Below, piece after piece: positions 52,401-64,000 of a DNA stretch of 64,000 nt. Numbering within the stretch: position 1 is the first letter of the stretch; every line of letters begins with the position of its first letter. Both the position numbers and the translations under genes were made by a program. Below the pieces are notes generated by a model. It saw only the letters and a list, made by a program, of their open reading frames with translations, ran no database searches and was not told the origin of the DNA. The DNA is from Paraspadella gotoi (Eukaryota; Animalia; Chaetognatha): the NCBI GenBank assembly GCA_051294375.1, contig CM119269.1, positions 13,867,166-13,931,165 of the forward strand, in the 5' to 3' direction.

Positions 52401-55336
52401 TCAGTATAAATTTTTGAAATATATTTTTATGTTATGCTGGAAACTTATTTCACTGCTTAATATTTTTACCCGCCGTCGGGCAAAATGTACTTTGCGACTT
52501 GCACTTCTTCTTAATTTGATCAATTTGCACTCAGTTGACTAGTTACCACCTGGAAAAGAAAAAAAATATTATTTACGTCGTTTTGCGTTTTGTTTTTTTT
52601 TTCACGCTGTCAAAGTCATATATGGCATTATTACTATATTTGTCGAATTAAAACGATTATTCACCAGATTGCCATAAAAAAGAGAATGGAATCTTTGAGG
52701 GAAGAACGCATTCACGTACGAAGTATCACGTGACAGCAGCCACTTCAGTGGCCTCAGGGAAACCGCAGCGTCAGCGGGTGACGCGGCGACGGGCGCGGAC
52801 AGAAGATGCTACTCGCGTGCGATGAAGACTTGCACAGTGAGGGGAGTGAGAAACAAAAAGGTGCAAGCAGATGAAAAAGAAAAGGATAGATGCCTTTTTG
52901 ATATCTTTTCTAATTTTCAACAAAAAAAATTCCAATCGATTCATTCGAAAAAATAGAAAAAAAAAATTAAGTAAAGAATAATAACATACAATGAATATTT
53001 TTGTTTTTGTGTATTTTTTGTTTTATAATCGAGATTGTTTTTGCTAAGAAAAACTTTCAACGTTAATTATGATAAACATGTTATAAATTTGTTTAAAACA
53101 AATTTGGAAAATTTCACCCATTTCCACCTTTAAAATATTAAATAAATAAATGAAAATAAATGAATTCTTTTAAGCATTTTATCCCGCCCTTTTAACTTAT
53201 AGCTTGCAGTTTTAAAACTTGACATTTAAATTTATATCTCTTCAAGTTTTGAAGTTCAATCGCAAAAGGATAATTCTTCTATGCTCCTTTGTTAAATAAG
53301 AGCGTTTTTTCAGAATATTGTGTGACACTACGACCGATTCTGGCAACCATACTTGAATTGAGTCTTCTGTTTAAATGATTATGTCTCAAAATGCGTTATT
53401 GATTCATTCGTCGAATTATTCTTAAATTTTTTGATGAAATCTTCAGCTTAAAAAGAAGTTTTAAGAAATTTAAATCACTTTATAGATATCGCTCGTAAAA
53501 TTTTTAAATTGACATAAATTAATAAAGTTTGGAATAAAATGACTAAAATGGTGAGAAACCGGGATTTTGATATCTTCCGTTCACACCGCGGTATTAAAGT
53601 CTATCAAGTAAATCCGGATACATTAATTAACCTGCATAATAAATAAATGAGACCTGTTATTAAAATATACTCTTTGACAGGTTTGGAAAGTACCAAGCTT
53701 GAACAGGTCGTGAAGGCCCTCGCAATACGACATCAGACCATCCGTCAGATAGCAAACTTGGGGTTTCGTCAGAGTGATTTCGTAGATCTTTTAAATGTTA
53801 ATAATCGATAGAGTATCTACTGATTTGCGTATTTGATCGATTTGATTCGATTAGATTGAGTGATGTGATCCTGTCTTTATTATCCTAAAATCAATAGGCT
53901 TACTAGCAATGAAAAAGCGCAATGGGCCTGCCGAAGAACGATACAAAACGATTAACATTGGCAACTGTCCACTTACAGGCAATTTAATACAAATGAAAAA
54001 AATCACTGTACTGAAATAATACAAATTAATAATATTTACTCGATGTTGAATTAAACTTATTAAGCTTCTCCGACCCCTGCCGGTCAAATTCACGGTTCTC
54101 GCCCCCCTTATTTCGACAGGGAGTCCTACTGCCTCCGCGACGCTTCCCCTTCTCCCCGCCCGTTGCTGTTCCCTTCGAAGCCTTACGTCATGCATGTCCA
54201 TCATCGACGGAGAGCGATACGATGAAGAAGCCGCCGAGGGGACCGCCTTGCGCGCCCAATAGGTAGAAGAGATGGGATGTGGGGACAGAGATTGACCTTA
54301 TGGGCTTGTTAGAAGTGGTCACTGCGTCAAGGTTAGGTCTCAGAGGTTAGTGTTAAGTGTTGCCGACGTTTAGAGAAGTCAGGTTCGTTAAGATTTACGC
54401 TTTTTGAGGATAAGGGTGTCAAGGATTTAGGCTTTTTCAGTTACGAGTCAGCGAGTTAAGTTGACGAGTGTGCGAGTTTAGAGTTTTAAGTTGACTATGC
54501 GAGTGCATGGTCAGATCAGTGTGTTAAGGTTAAACGCAAGGTTCGAGCTATAGTTCAGTGGGTTAAAGGATCGAGACTAGGAGTTAGGCCAGGAGGGAAT
54601 AGTAATTGATTAGTGGTTCCGAATCGTTACACTCCACAAAACCCATCCCCCCACGACAACCCCCTTACAATACAGGTTGATCCCCGAGCGTCGCCCCCGA
54701 CACCCAACTCGACTCTCTGCTCTCTCGAGGACATCACGGATCCATTCGATCCGCCCGGCGCCTTCAGGATCGGCGAGGACGATCGCAGCGTCAGACGTAT
54801 CAGGACCGGCAGGAGCGGCGCAGCCCGAATCTCGGATGAGGAGAGGAGGAAGGAGCGGAGGAGGAAGAGTGAGGGAGAATGTGGGGAGGAAAGCAACTGT
54901 GGAGGAGAGACGAGGCAGTGGCGTTGCTTAAAGACTGTAGGAATATCGGCCGGTGGTTTGTGGACTGTTGATATATTTTTCGTGAATTTTGGAAAAGGAA
55001 CGATTGCGTTCAACTGGTAATGCTTCGTATAATCGGAGAATCACTCTGGGTTTTTTTTTCAAAATCTGGATTGTAGCAACGAAGAAAGGATTATAGATTC
55101 TAAATTAGAATTTCGATTTTTTTAAAACGATCCAAATCGAATGTATTTTTTTTGTATGTGTAATAAATTAGTTAGTAATATAACAAAAATTGTTTTAGAT
55201 TCATTAGATCTTCATTTTTTAGATTATTTATCTTTGTCGTCTTGTGGTCAATCGTTATGGTTCTTTGACTAATCTGTGATTCTCGTTCGTGTTGACCAAA
55301 AAGGAAGGGCCTATTCTACTCTCCAAAAGAAATTAG

Positions 55337-55419
<83 letters not shown>

Positions 55420-56117
55420 TCTCTGCCAAGATCACGGGTTTCAAATGCGCAAAATCATTTGCTGAGAACTTTGACTGATGATGAAAGTGTCTCACCTTTT
55501 TTCCCCTTTCTTATCATTTCGGATATATTTGCCATAGACTGTTCGTAGTTTTGTTTAGTTTCAGTTGGTTAAACTTTTTTTCATTTCATCGATTTCCTCA
55601 CCAGTCTTTCCTGTTCAAGCTTCATCCTTTTTTCCTCGCCTTTCCTTTTTTCCTCTCTCATTCTTTCTCCACCTCCTGTCCTCTCTCTTAATTCCTCTCT
55701 ACTACCTCCTCTTCCTCCCTTCCCCTCTCTCTGTTTTTTTTAATCATCTTCCCTCGATCCTTTTCCTCATTTTCCTCGTTCCTCCTCCTTCTTCCTCTCC
55801 CTTCTCCTCCTTCCTCTCCGATCTGGCACTCTCCTCTTCCCTCTCTTACTTGCGTCGCGTTTTTGACGTTCGTTCGATTTTCTCTTTATTGTTTTATGAG
55901 AAAAGATGATCGGAATCGAGCGGCGTCGCGCTTCGAAACCGGCCGTCCGCGCTTCGGAAACCGGCGTCGTGTCTCCATCCGGACGCCGCCGTTCTTCGTT
56001 TGCGCGCGAGATCTCGATACGGCGCCATCTCCGATGCTCCCTTTTTGTTACATTCTTTTTTTTTATGTTGCCTTCATTTTTTCCCGCGACGGAATAGATT
56101 CTCTTTCCAAGCGTTTG

Positions 56118-56154
<37 letters not shown>

Positions 56155-57847
56155 GCTCTCTCGTCTCTCTCTTCTCTTCTCTCTCTTCTCCCTCCTCCCC
56201 CCTCTTCTCCCTCCGTCTCGTCTCTTCTCCCCCTCTTTTCTCCTGCAATCCCCAAATGGCTCTCCACGGCCAGCCGTCGCTGCGCCCCTCGGGAATTCCT
56301 GTCTCACAAAACTCATCAAGAAGGAACAGGAGGCAGAAGAGACGTCTTACGTCTCCGTCTCTTATCACAGTCTGATCAACCGACGCTAATCACGTGATTC
56401 AACCGGTCTTAAATCACGATGGATCGACTCCGCTTATTCCTGAGATCTCCTTTGCCTAAAATCCACTCTATATCACGGCATCACAAACCTTCTGATACAT
56501 GATATTCTAAACCGGCGTTCGAATCTTGCTTCCGCTTGTTTCACGATCGTAACCGTTTAATCGTGTGATCTTCTTCTTTGTTCACGCGATCCATCATCGT
56601 CTCATCGCGTATAAGTTTTCGCCTCAAATCGCCCGTGACCTCTTCTCCGGTCTTGAAAATGTGAGCGTTCGTTGACTTAATCTCGTAAATGTGATCGCGT
56701 AATCACACGTCAATTTTAATCTTTACGGAGAGAAAGAGAGAGAGAGAGGAGACGAGAAGAGAGAGAGGAGAGGGGGGGAGAGGGGCGAGGGGTAATGAGA
56801 GAGAGAGAGAGTAGGAGGACGGAACGAACGACTAGTGAAGCGAGGAGACGAGCAGAGACCGATCGACGACGAGGGCAGGGGAAGAAGAGAGCGGGTGAGA
56901 TGAGAGAGAGAGATATTACAGTTTACCGTATACTGTTACCACACGACTTTAAAAACACAACCAAGACGAACGCACATCGCTTCTCCACAACCGACCGCAT
57001 TAATTTTCCCTTTTTCTCGCCCCCCGGTCGCCCCCCCTCCCCTTTACCCAATCACCGTCACCTGCTCCTCGTAAATCAGCGCCACCTAAATACTAGTGAG
57101 GCCGGTTAACTATGGCAAACCAGGGAATTCGATTGCGCCCTAAAACGCAAAGGCTTTTTTCTTCTCTTCTTTCCTCTTCCTCTTCCCTTCCTTCCATTTT
57201 TCCTCTTCTCTTTCCTTTCTTCCGTTTTCCTCTTCCTCATTCTTCTTCCTCCGCTTTTTTTTTATTTCTAGTTTTAGAATAACTTTTTTTAGAGTTTTAC
57301 CAATTTGTATTTTTTATAAGTCTCTTCTAATTATTTCCTACTATACAAATTTATTAAACCATTGGTGTTGAGCAGTAGCTATTAAAGCTAGGCTGGACTG
57401 CCAATTTGCTTTCACGCACTTATCTCTACATTCTGCTCGTAAAAAAAAAAAATCAGTATTTAAAATTAAATCGACATCGAAAATCTTACTCATTTGGAAA
57501 ACACTTCAAGATTACAGCCTTTGCTTTTACAAGTACGCCAATAAAAACAAACAGTTTGCAGTACAAAACAAAGTCCAAGACAATGTTTATGTGCAGCTGT
57601 TTCCACTGCAGTTGATTGTTCGGAGATTACCAATGGCAACCGAACGGGCGACGGGCAGAGTGCGACCCGGACGATGGGTCGGGGACGACCCGCTGTATCC
57701 GAAATCGCCATCCTGTAACCAAGGGAGTGATTTGGCCATGTCATCACAGAGAAACCGATTGAAGATTACTCTGAAATGGGGAGAGAGAGAGAAGAAGAGG
57801 GACGAGTGGAGATAAGAGAGAGAAGAATAGAGAGGAGAGAGATGAAA

Positions 57848-57892
<45 letters not shown>

Positions 57893-58178
57893 AGGAGAGG
57901 AAATGTGAGGTGCCTCGGCGGAACAGCCGATGGAACACCCGACCGCCCGCCGTCTTCTTCCTCATTTCTCCCTTCTCTACGCGGAGAGAGCGATGGAACC
58001 GGCAACGCTCGAGTTCCATCGCTGTCGCCGAAAGGCTTTTAAGTCGGAGTTTTCCATATCTCTTTTGACAACCAAAAAGAGGGTGAGGAGGGAAGAATTT
58101 TAATGGCCAGCCACCGAAAGCGGGGCGAGAGGGCGAGGCTCAGTCACCCTCAAGATGTCTTGAATAACATCAACAACC
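48211..58178 (+). repeat. Copy C, essentially identical to copy B at offset 9958
   Basis: ORF-track entries repeat with identical translations at +9958 (e.g. 38774 vs 48732, 46837 vs 56795). It diverges from B only after ~57885. Confidence 0.92.
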
Positions 58179-58237
58179 ATTGGCAAGCTCTTCTTCGCTC
58201 TTCTCTCTCTTCTTTCTCTCTCTCATCTCTCTCTCTC

Positions 58238-58280
<43 letters not shown>

Positions 58281-58574
58281 ATTTCTTCCATCATCTCTAA
58301 ATTGTTTCCTACCCAAAACATACTACTATGATATTTTGAAATATAGCTTCGACCCAATGTCCTAGTAAGACATATTAGTATAGGTATAGAAAAAAAGAGC
58401 CAACTTGAACAAATAATATGTGAACATTTTTTAAAGCATAATAAATTCATCACTTTAACAGGTTAAAAAGCGAAACAGCTCTTGCTCTTCCTACGACTTA
58501 AATGTTATTTAAAACTTGAGATACTTTTTAAAAACATTGTAAACTTTATTTCAGTGTTTTGATTGAAATAAAAA

Positions 58575-58820
58575 TGGGGTGAAGTCGCGAAAAAAAATCA
58601 GGGGTGTGAGCGCGAAAAAAATCAGGGGTGTAGGCGCAATGGAGGAAAAGAGAAAAGGTAAAGAAGTAAAAAGTGAAAGGATAAAGGGGTGAAAGGATAA
58701 AGGGGTGAAAGGATAAACGGATGAAGGATAAACGGATGAAGGATAAAGGGGTGAAAGGATAAAGGGGTAAAAGGATAAAGAGGTGAAAGGATAAAGGGGT
58801 GAAAGGATAAAGGGGTGAAT
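58575..58820. repeat. Minisatellites: ~16-bp GAAAGGATAAAGGGGT array, preceded by two CGCGAAAAAAATCAGGGGTGT units
   Basis: Directly visible tandem units. Confidence 0.85.
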
Positions 58821-59833
58821 GAGAAGGGGTCATTCACCCAAATCCTTTCTCCCGATGACCTCAACCGAACGGCCAAACATTCTCCTCGACAAACGACCAC
58901 TTCTCCTTTCGAGTTATTGTCTTCGTTGTCGTCGTTATCGTCGTCTTTGTCATCGTCGTCGTTCTTGTCATCGTCCGTAACGTCTTCACCCATTTGAGAG
59001 TTGATTCAATTTGTCATTGTCGTCATCGTTTAGGTTGTTGTTGACGAAGCTTTTTTAATTTTTTGAATTCCTAGTTTATTTACACAATGTATGACAGTAT
59101 AATTTACTTCTTAACTCGGTGTTTGTTTGGTTCTTTCAATCTGTTGTCCGTGATTCTTGTGACTGACGTGATGACGGTTGACGTCGTCACAAGCCACGAA
59201 GACGACGGTGGCGGCGGCGGCGGCGGTGGCGGCGACGGCGGTGGCGGCGTCGGCGGCGGCTGAGATTCTTTCGACGAAAGCGGAAGATAAAAGAAAAAAG
59301 CATTGGCGATGATTTTAAATTTTTTGCGGGAAAATTTTTTTAGTTTTAAAATTTTTTAAAATTTTTTTAGTTTTAAAACGAAGGGAAATAAAAATGAGAA
59401 AATATGAAAAAAATTGAAGAGAGACGAAGATGAGACAAATATATGTATAAATGTATGTCTATCGATAAGAGCAAGAGAGAAAAAAAATATATGGAATTAA
59501 CTATGGACAAAAAGAAAAGGAAAGTAGTGAGATAAGCAGGAGATGAAGAAGCAGGAAAGAACGGCTAAGAATTCGAAATGGAGAAAGTAGCCAAACAAAT
59601 AGAGAGGGAGACAGAAGAAGCGCTGGATAGAGAGGTTTAGAAGAGAGGTGAAAGAGAGAAAGTGGGTAAAGAGAATCCAAAGGGAGGCCAAAAGGGAAGG
59701 GAGGTGAAGAAGAGAGGCCAAAGAGAGGCCAAAGAGAGAGGTGAATTTCGACGCGAAAGAATTTTTTTTCCGAAGGTCGACTCGTTTCATCGACCGCAGT
59801 TTTTCATCCATTTCTGGCAGTTGATGTCAATCT

Positions 59834-59865
<32 letters not shown>

Positions 59866-62800
59866 NNNNNNNNNNNNNNNNNNNNNNNNNNNNNNNNNNN
59901 NNNNNNNNNNNNNNNNNNNNNNNNNNNNNNNNNNNNNNNNNNNNNNNNNNNNNNNNNNNNNNNNNNNNNNNNNNNNNNNNNNNNNNNNNNNNNNNNNNNN
60001 NNNNNNNNNNNNNNNNNNNNNNNNNNNNNNNNNNNNNNNNNNNNNNNNNNNNNNNNNNNNNNNNNNNNNNNNCTCTCTCTCTCTCTCCTTTGCGTGAAAT
60101 ATTGTTTCATCTAATTTGGTTATAGGGGTACAAAAACTGACACAACACGCATGTACTAGAGGGTATTCGAAAAAATGAGGTAGAAAATGAAAACAAAATA
60201 TGATACACTTTCTTGACTGAATTCATCCATTGGCGATAGAAAAAAGGTTTTTAGCAATGGTCATAAATTCCCATGGACGGTCATGTTAATTAATTTTTAT
60301 TATATTCCTATTCTTTATGATTGAGTCTTGCTATGAAATGAAATAAGTTCTATTCATAATTGTTTATTTTCATGATGAAATAAAAGTACATTAACAAAAT
60401 AATATTAATTAATAATAAATAAATTAATAAAATGACTTTTAATTCATCATCTGTACACATGACGACTTTAAAAAAAATTTTCTCTATCTTCCTCCCTTTT
60501 CTCTTTTTTCTCTTTCTTCCCTTTTCTCTTTTTGCTCTTTCCTCTCTTTTCTATTTTTTCTCTTTCTTCCATTTTCTCTTTTTTCTCTTTCATCCCTTTT
60601 CTCTTTTTTCTNNNNNNNNNNNNNNNNNNNNNNNNNNNNNNNNNNNNNNNNNNNNNNNNNNNNNNNNNNNNNNNNNNNNNNNNNNNNNNNNNNNNNNNNN
60701 NNNNNNNNNNNNNNNNNNNNNNNNNNNNNNNNNNNNNNNNNNNNNNNNNNNNNNNNNNNNNNNNNNNNNNNNNNNNNNNNNNNNNNNNNNNNNNNNNNNN
60801 NNNNNNNNNNNNNNNNNNNNNNNNNNNNNNNNNNNNNNNNNNNNNNNNNNNNNNNNNNNNNNNNNNNNNNNNNNNNNNNNNNNNNNNNNNNNNNNNNNNN
60901 NNNNNNNNNNNNNNNNNNNNNNNNNNNNNNNNNNNNNNNNNNNNNNTCTTTGCTCTTTCCTCCCTTTTCTCTTTTTTCACTTTCCTCCCTTTTCTCTTTT
61001 TTCTCTTTCCTCCCTTTCCTCCTTTTTTTCTCTTCTTTATTTTTGTCAGAAATTCATCCCAATAATTCATTCCTTTCCTCCCTTCTTTCTTTCTTTCCTT
61101 TTCTTTCCTCCATCCTCCGCAATCCGTCCCGTGATTTATTCCTCTTCCTACCTTTCCTCTTCATCTTNNNNNNNNNNNNNNNNNNNNNNNNNNNNNNNNN
61201 NNNNNNNNNNNNNNNNNNNNNNNNNNNNNNNNNNNNNNNNNNNNNNNNNNNNNNNNNNNNNNNNNNNNNNNNNNNNNNNNNNNNNNNNNNNNNNNNNNNN
61301 NNNNNNNNNNNNNNNNNNNNNNNNNNNNNNGACTCCATTTTTTATGAATTAATGATGAAGCTTTTGATCAACTTTTGAGTCGGATGTTCTTTTGTGACAA
61401 GCTTAATCGTCCTTCCGGCCCTTTCTCGCCTCCCCGTCGTCGTCGTAGCCATAGTCGTCGTCGTCGTTGTTTTAGCCATGGTTGTCGTCGTCTTCGTCGT
61501 CGTCGTCGTCGTCGTTCTATCCATAGTCGTCGTCGTCGTCTTCATAATTGTCGTCGCTAATATCGTCGTCGTCGTCATCGTCGTCGTGGAGATTGATACA
61601 GCGTGCTTAACGCCTTCACCGACAGTTATTCAGACCTTACCATTTCCGCTCACACTCACTCACCCTCACCCCGCTTCGGTCCCAATCCCACCCAGGGGTC
61701 TCTCGGAGTCAAATCCATTTCACCCACCAAAATTGGCAGTGAAAATCAAAAGCAAACAAAAACGTTATTGTTTGTCGCTGATAGAGAGAGANNNNNNNNN
61801 NNNNNNNNNNNNNNNNNNNNNNNNNNNNNNNNNNNNNNNNNNNNNNNNNNNNNNNNNNNNNNNNNNNNNNNNNNNNNNNNNNNNNNNNNNNNNNNNNNNN
61901 NNNNNNNNNNNNNNNNNNNNNNNNNNNNNNNNNNNGAGAGAGAGAGGAAAAAAAATCAATTTTAGAAAAGGCACGAAGAAGATGATTTTTGAGAAAAGTC
62001 CCGAAAAAAATGGATTCTCCGCTTTATCTGTCTCTCTCTTTTACTGTCTTTGTCTCTCTCTCTATCACTCTCCCTCGTTCTTTTTTTTCTTTTCTTTTAT
62101 CTAAGTTTGTTTTGGTTTTTGTTTACTTGGTGATTGCTAATTTCTAAGTACATTACGTATATAACTTTTTTGTTATCCTAAATTGGGATGGAGAACTTAA
62201 TCTGTCTAAAGTCTTGAGGTTTGTTTATTAACTAATTAATAATTTTCAAATAATCTTACAATATAGATACGAAGACACTATTTTCAGAGTCCCCTTAACT
62301 AACAGAACCTCCCCTTTAAGCTCTTCTTCACTCCCGCACTCCCCGTTCCAAGAGAAAAAGAGCGATATTGGTCAAATATGGCGAGAATCCGAGATCATCG
62401 AAAAAGTCGCATTTTTCTGTTGACAAAAAAGCGAATCAAATCCCAATCAACAAACAAGACTGAGATCGGGTTACAGCCGTGGCGAGAAAGGAAAGGGAGG
62501 AAAGGAGAGAAAGCGANNNNNNNNNNGTCCTTCGCCAATCGCGACGACAGACGGTGACATCTGTTGAACAGATGCTATCTCTTCGACGCCGAGGCCNNNN
62601 NNNNNNNNNNNNNNNNNNNNNNNNNNNNNNNNNNNNNNNNNNNNNNNNNNNNNNNNNNNNNNNNNNNNNNNNNNNNNNNNNNNNNNNNNNNNNNNNNNNN
62701 NNNNNNNNNNNNNNNNNNNNNNNNNNNNNNNNNNNNNNNNNNNNNNNNNNNNNNNNNNNNNNNNNNNNNNNNNNNNNNNNNNNNNNNNNNNNNNNNNNNN

Positions 62801-63524
62801 NNNNNNNNNNNNNNNNNNNNNNNNNNNNNNNNNNNNNNNNNNNNNNNNNNNNNNNNNNNNNNNNNNNNNNNNNNNNNNNNNNNCCGACCTCACCCGACGA
62901 CAAGTCACCCACCTCACCTTTCCTTTCTCAATCCGCATGCCATTCAAACCGCGAAAAATCGAAACTTAGTCGCTGCGATTGAAAAAAGGTAAGTGAAGGT
63001 GAGTGAAGCCTAAATGACGCACGCGACTTTGGAGATGAAAGAAAAATATAGTGAGGATTTGAAAGAAAGGGGGAAAGGGNNNNNNNNNNNNNNNNNNNNN
63101 NNNNNNNNNNNNNNNNNNNNNNNNNNNNNNNNNNNNNNNNNNNNNNNNNNNNNNNNNNNNNNNNNNNNNNNNNNNNNNNNNNNNNNNNNNNNNNNNNNNN
63201 NNNNNNNNNNNNNNNNNNNNNNNNNCTCTTTTCCCTAATCGACACGCGAGGTCATTTTTTTTGTTTTTATTTTTTTTCCGATAAAATTTCTTTGAAAAAC
63301 CTCGACACACGTGATCTTAACTGCGACGCACGTGAATCGCGCGTGATTTCGAATCGATCGCGCGCCGACGAGAGGATCGATCGTCGGATCGAATTCGGCG
63401 CCGAAGATCGAGATTTCGGCGCGCGCCTTTTTTTTTTCAGGCGCGTGTCAATCGTGATCGACGTCAGCCCGGCGCGGATTTTGTGGGACGCGTGTTGTCG
63501 ATAGATGGCGGTGATCGGCGATCG

Positions 63525-63755
63525 GCGTTGGCCATCGGCGTTGGCGACTGGCGTTGTCGATTGGTGCACTTGATTTACTTCCCTGATTGGCGTTTTCGAT
63601 TGGCGTTCTCGATTGACGTTCGCGATTGGCGTTCTCGATTGGCGTTCTCGATTGACCTTCTTGCTTGGCGTTCTCGATTGGCGTTCTAGATTAGCATGCT
63701 CGATTGGCGCTCTTAATTGGCCTTCTCGATCGGCGTTCGCGATTTTCTCGATCAA
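63525..63755. repeat. 13-bp minisatellite (TTGGCGTTCTCGA)
   Basis: Degenerate tandem units; these account for the repetitive minus-strand ORF 63267..63767. Confidence 0.85.
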
Positions 63756-64000
63756 TTTCGAAAACATACTTTGTGAGTCAGTATCCTAATGCAAAATAGG
63801 GTCCATTTTAAAATTGGTAAATAATCGATATGAAACTCATCGAATAAATCACCTCCTAATTTCGTAACATTCATCTTTCTTGTTTTAAATGTAATCGAGA
63901 AATATTAAAATACTGTTATTTACGAGAAAGAAATTAGTAGATGAAGAAAATCGATGCATCGTCATCTCTAACTTTTGTTTATTCACATTCGTTGAGGGAG

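Noticed and set aside
38253-58178. MGAT3 paralogues or true pseudogenes
   Set aside because: The identical indel pattern in both copies and their gap-bounded starts point to an assembly artefact.
58622-58993. Acidic 123-aa ORF (MGEDVTDDDK..)
   Set aside because: It consists of a GAC-type triplet repeat running into a 16-bp minisatellite, with no other support.

Overview
This is a eukaryotic (probably invertebrate animal) draft-assembly window, AT-rich, full of N gaps, and dense in (GA)n, (GAC)n and (GAAA)n microsatellites. Most ORFs in the track are microsatellite or gap read-throughs. Supported content: (1) a heavily frameshifted Ty3/Gypsy-like LTR retrotransposon at 1-5996, with nested inverted repeats at its 3' end; (2) an isolated ~258-nt GC-rich structured RNA gene on the minus strand (13601-13858) with an SRP/7SL-type Alu domain, long closing helix and T5 terminator, but no recognisable SRP54-binding helix 8; (3) a tandem duplicate or allelic pair (15790-22975 vs 22981-26665) that gives the filled and empty site of a 2.36-kb long-TIR element; (4) a multi-exon MGAT3/GnT-III (GT17) gene on the minus strand (28102-32440), head-to-head with a small uncharacterised 4-exon gene (33127-35280), with introns built from decaying tandem copies of their own splice donors; (5) two further indel-ridden ~10-kb copies of 28740-38227 (offset 9958 bp, near-identical to each other), most likely a gap-filling artefact. 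All calls come from reading the sequence by eye; no searches or folding programs were run.
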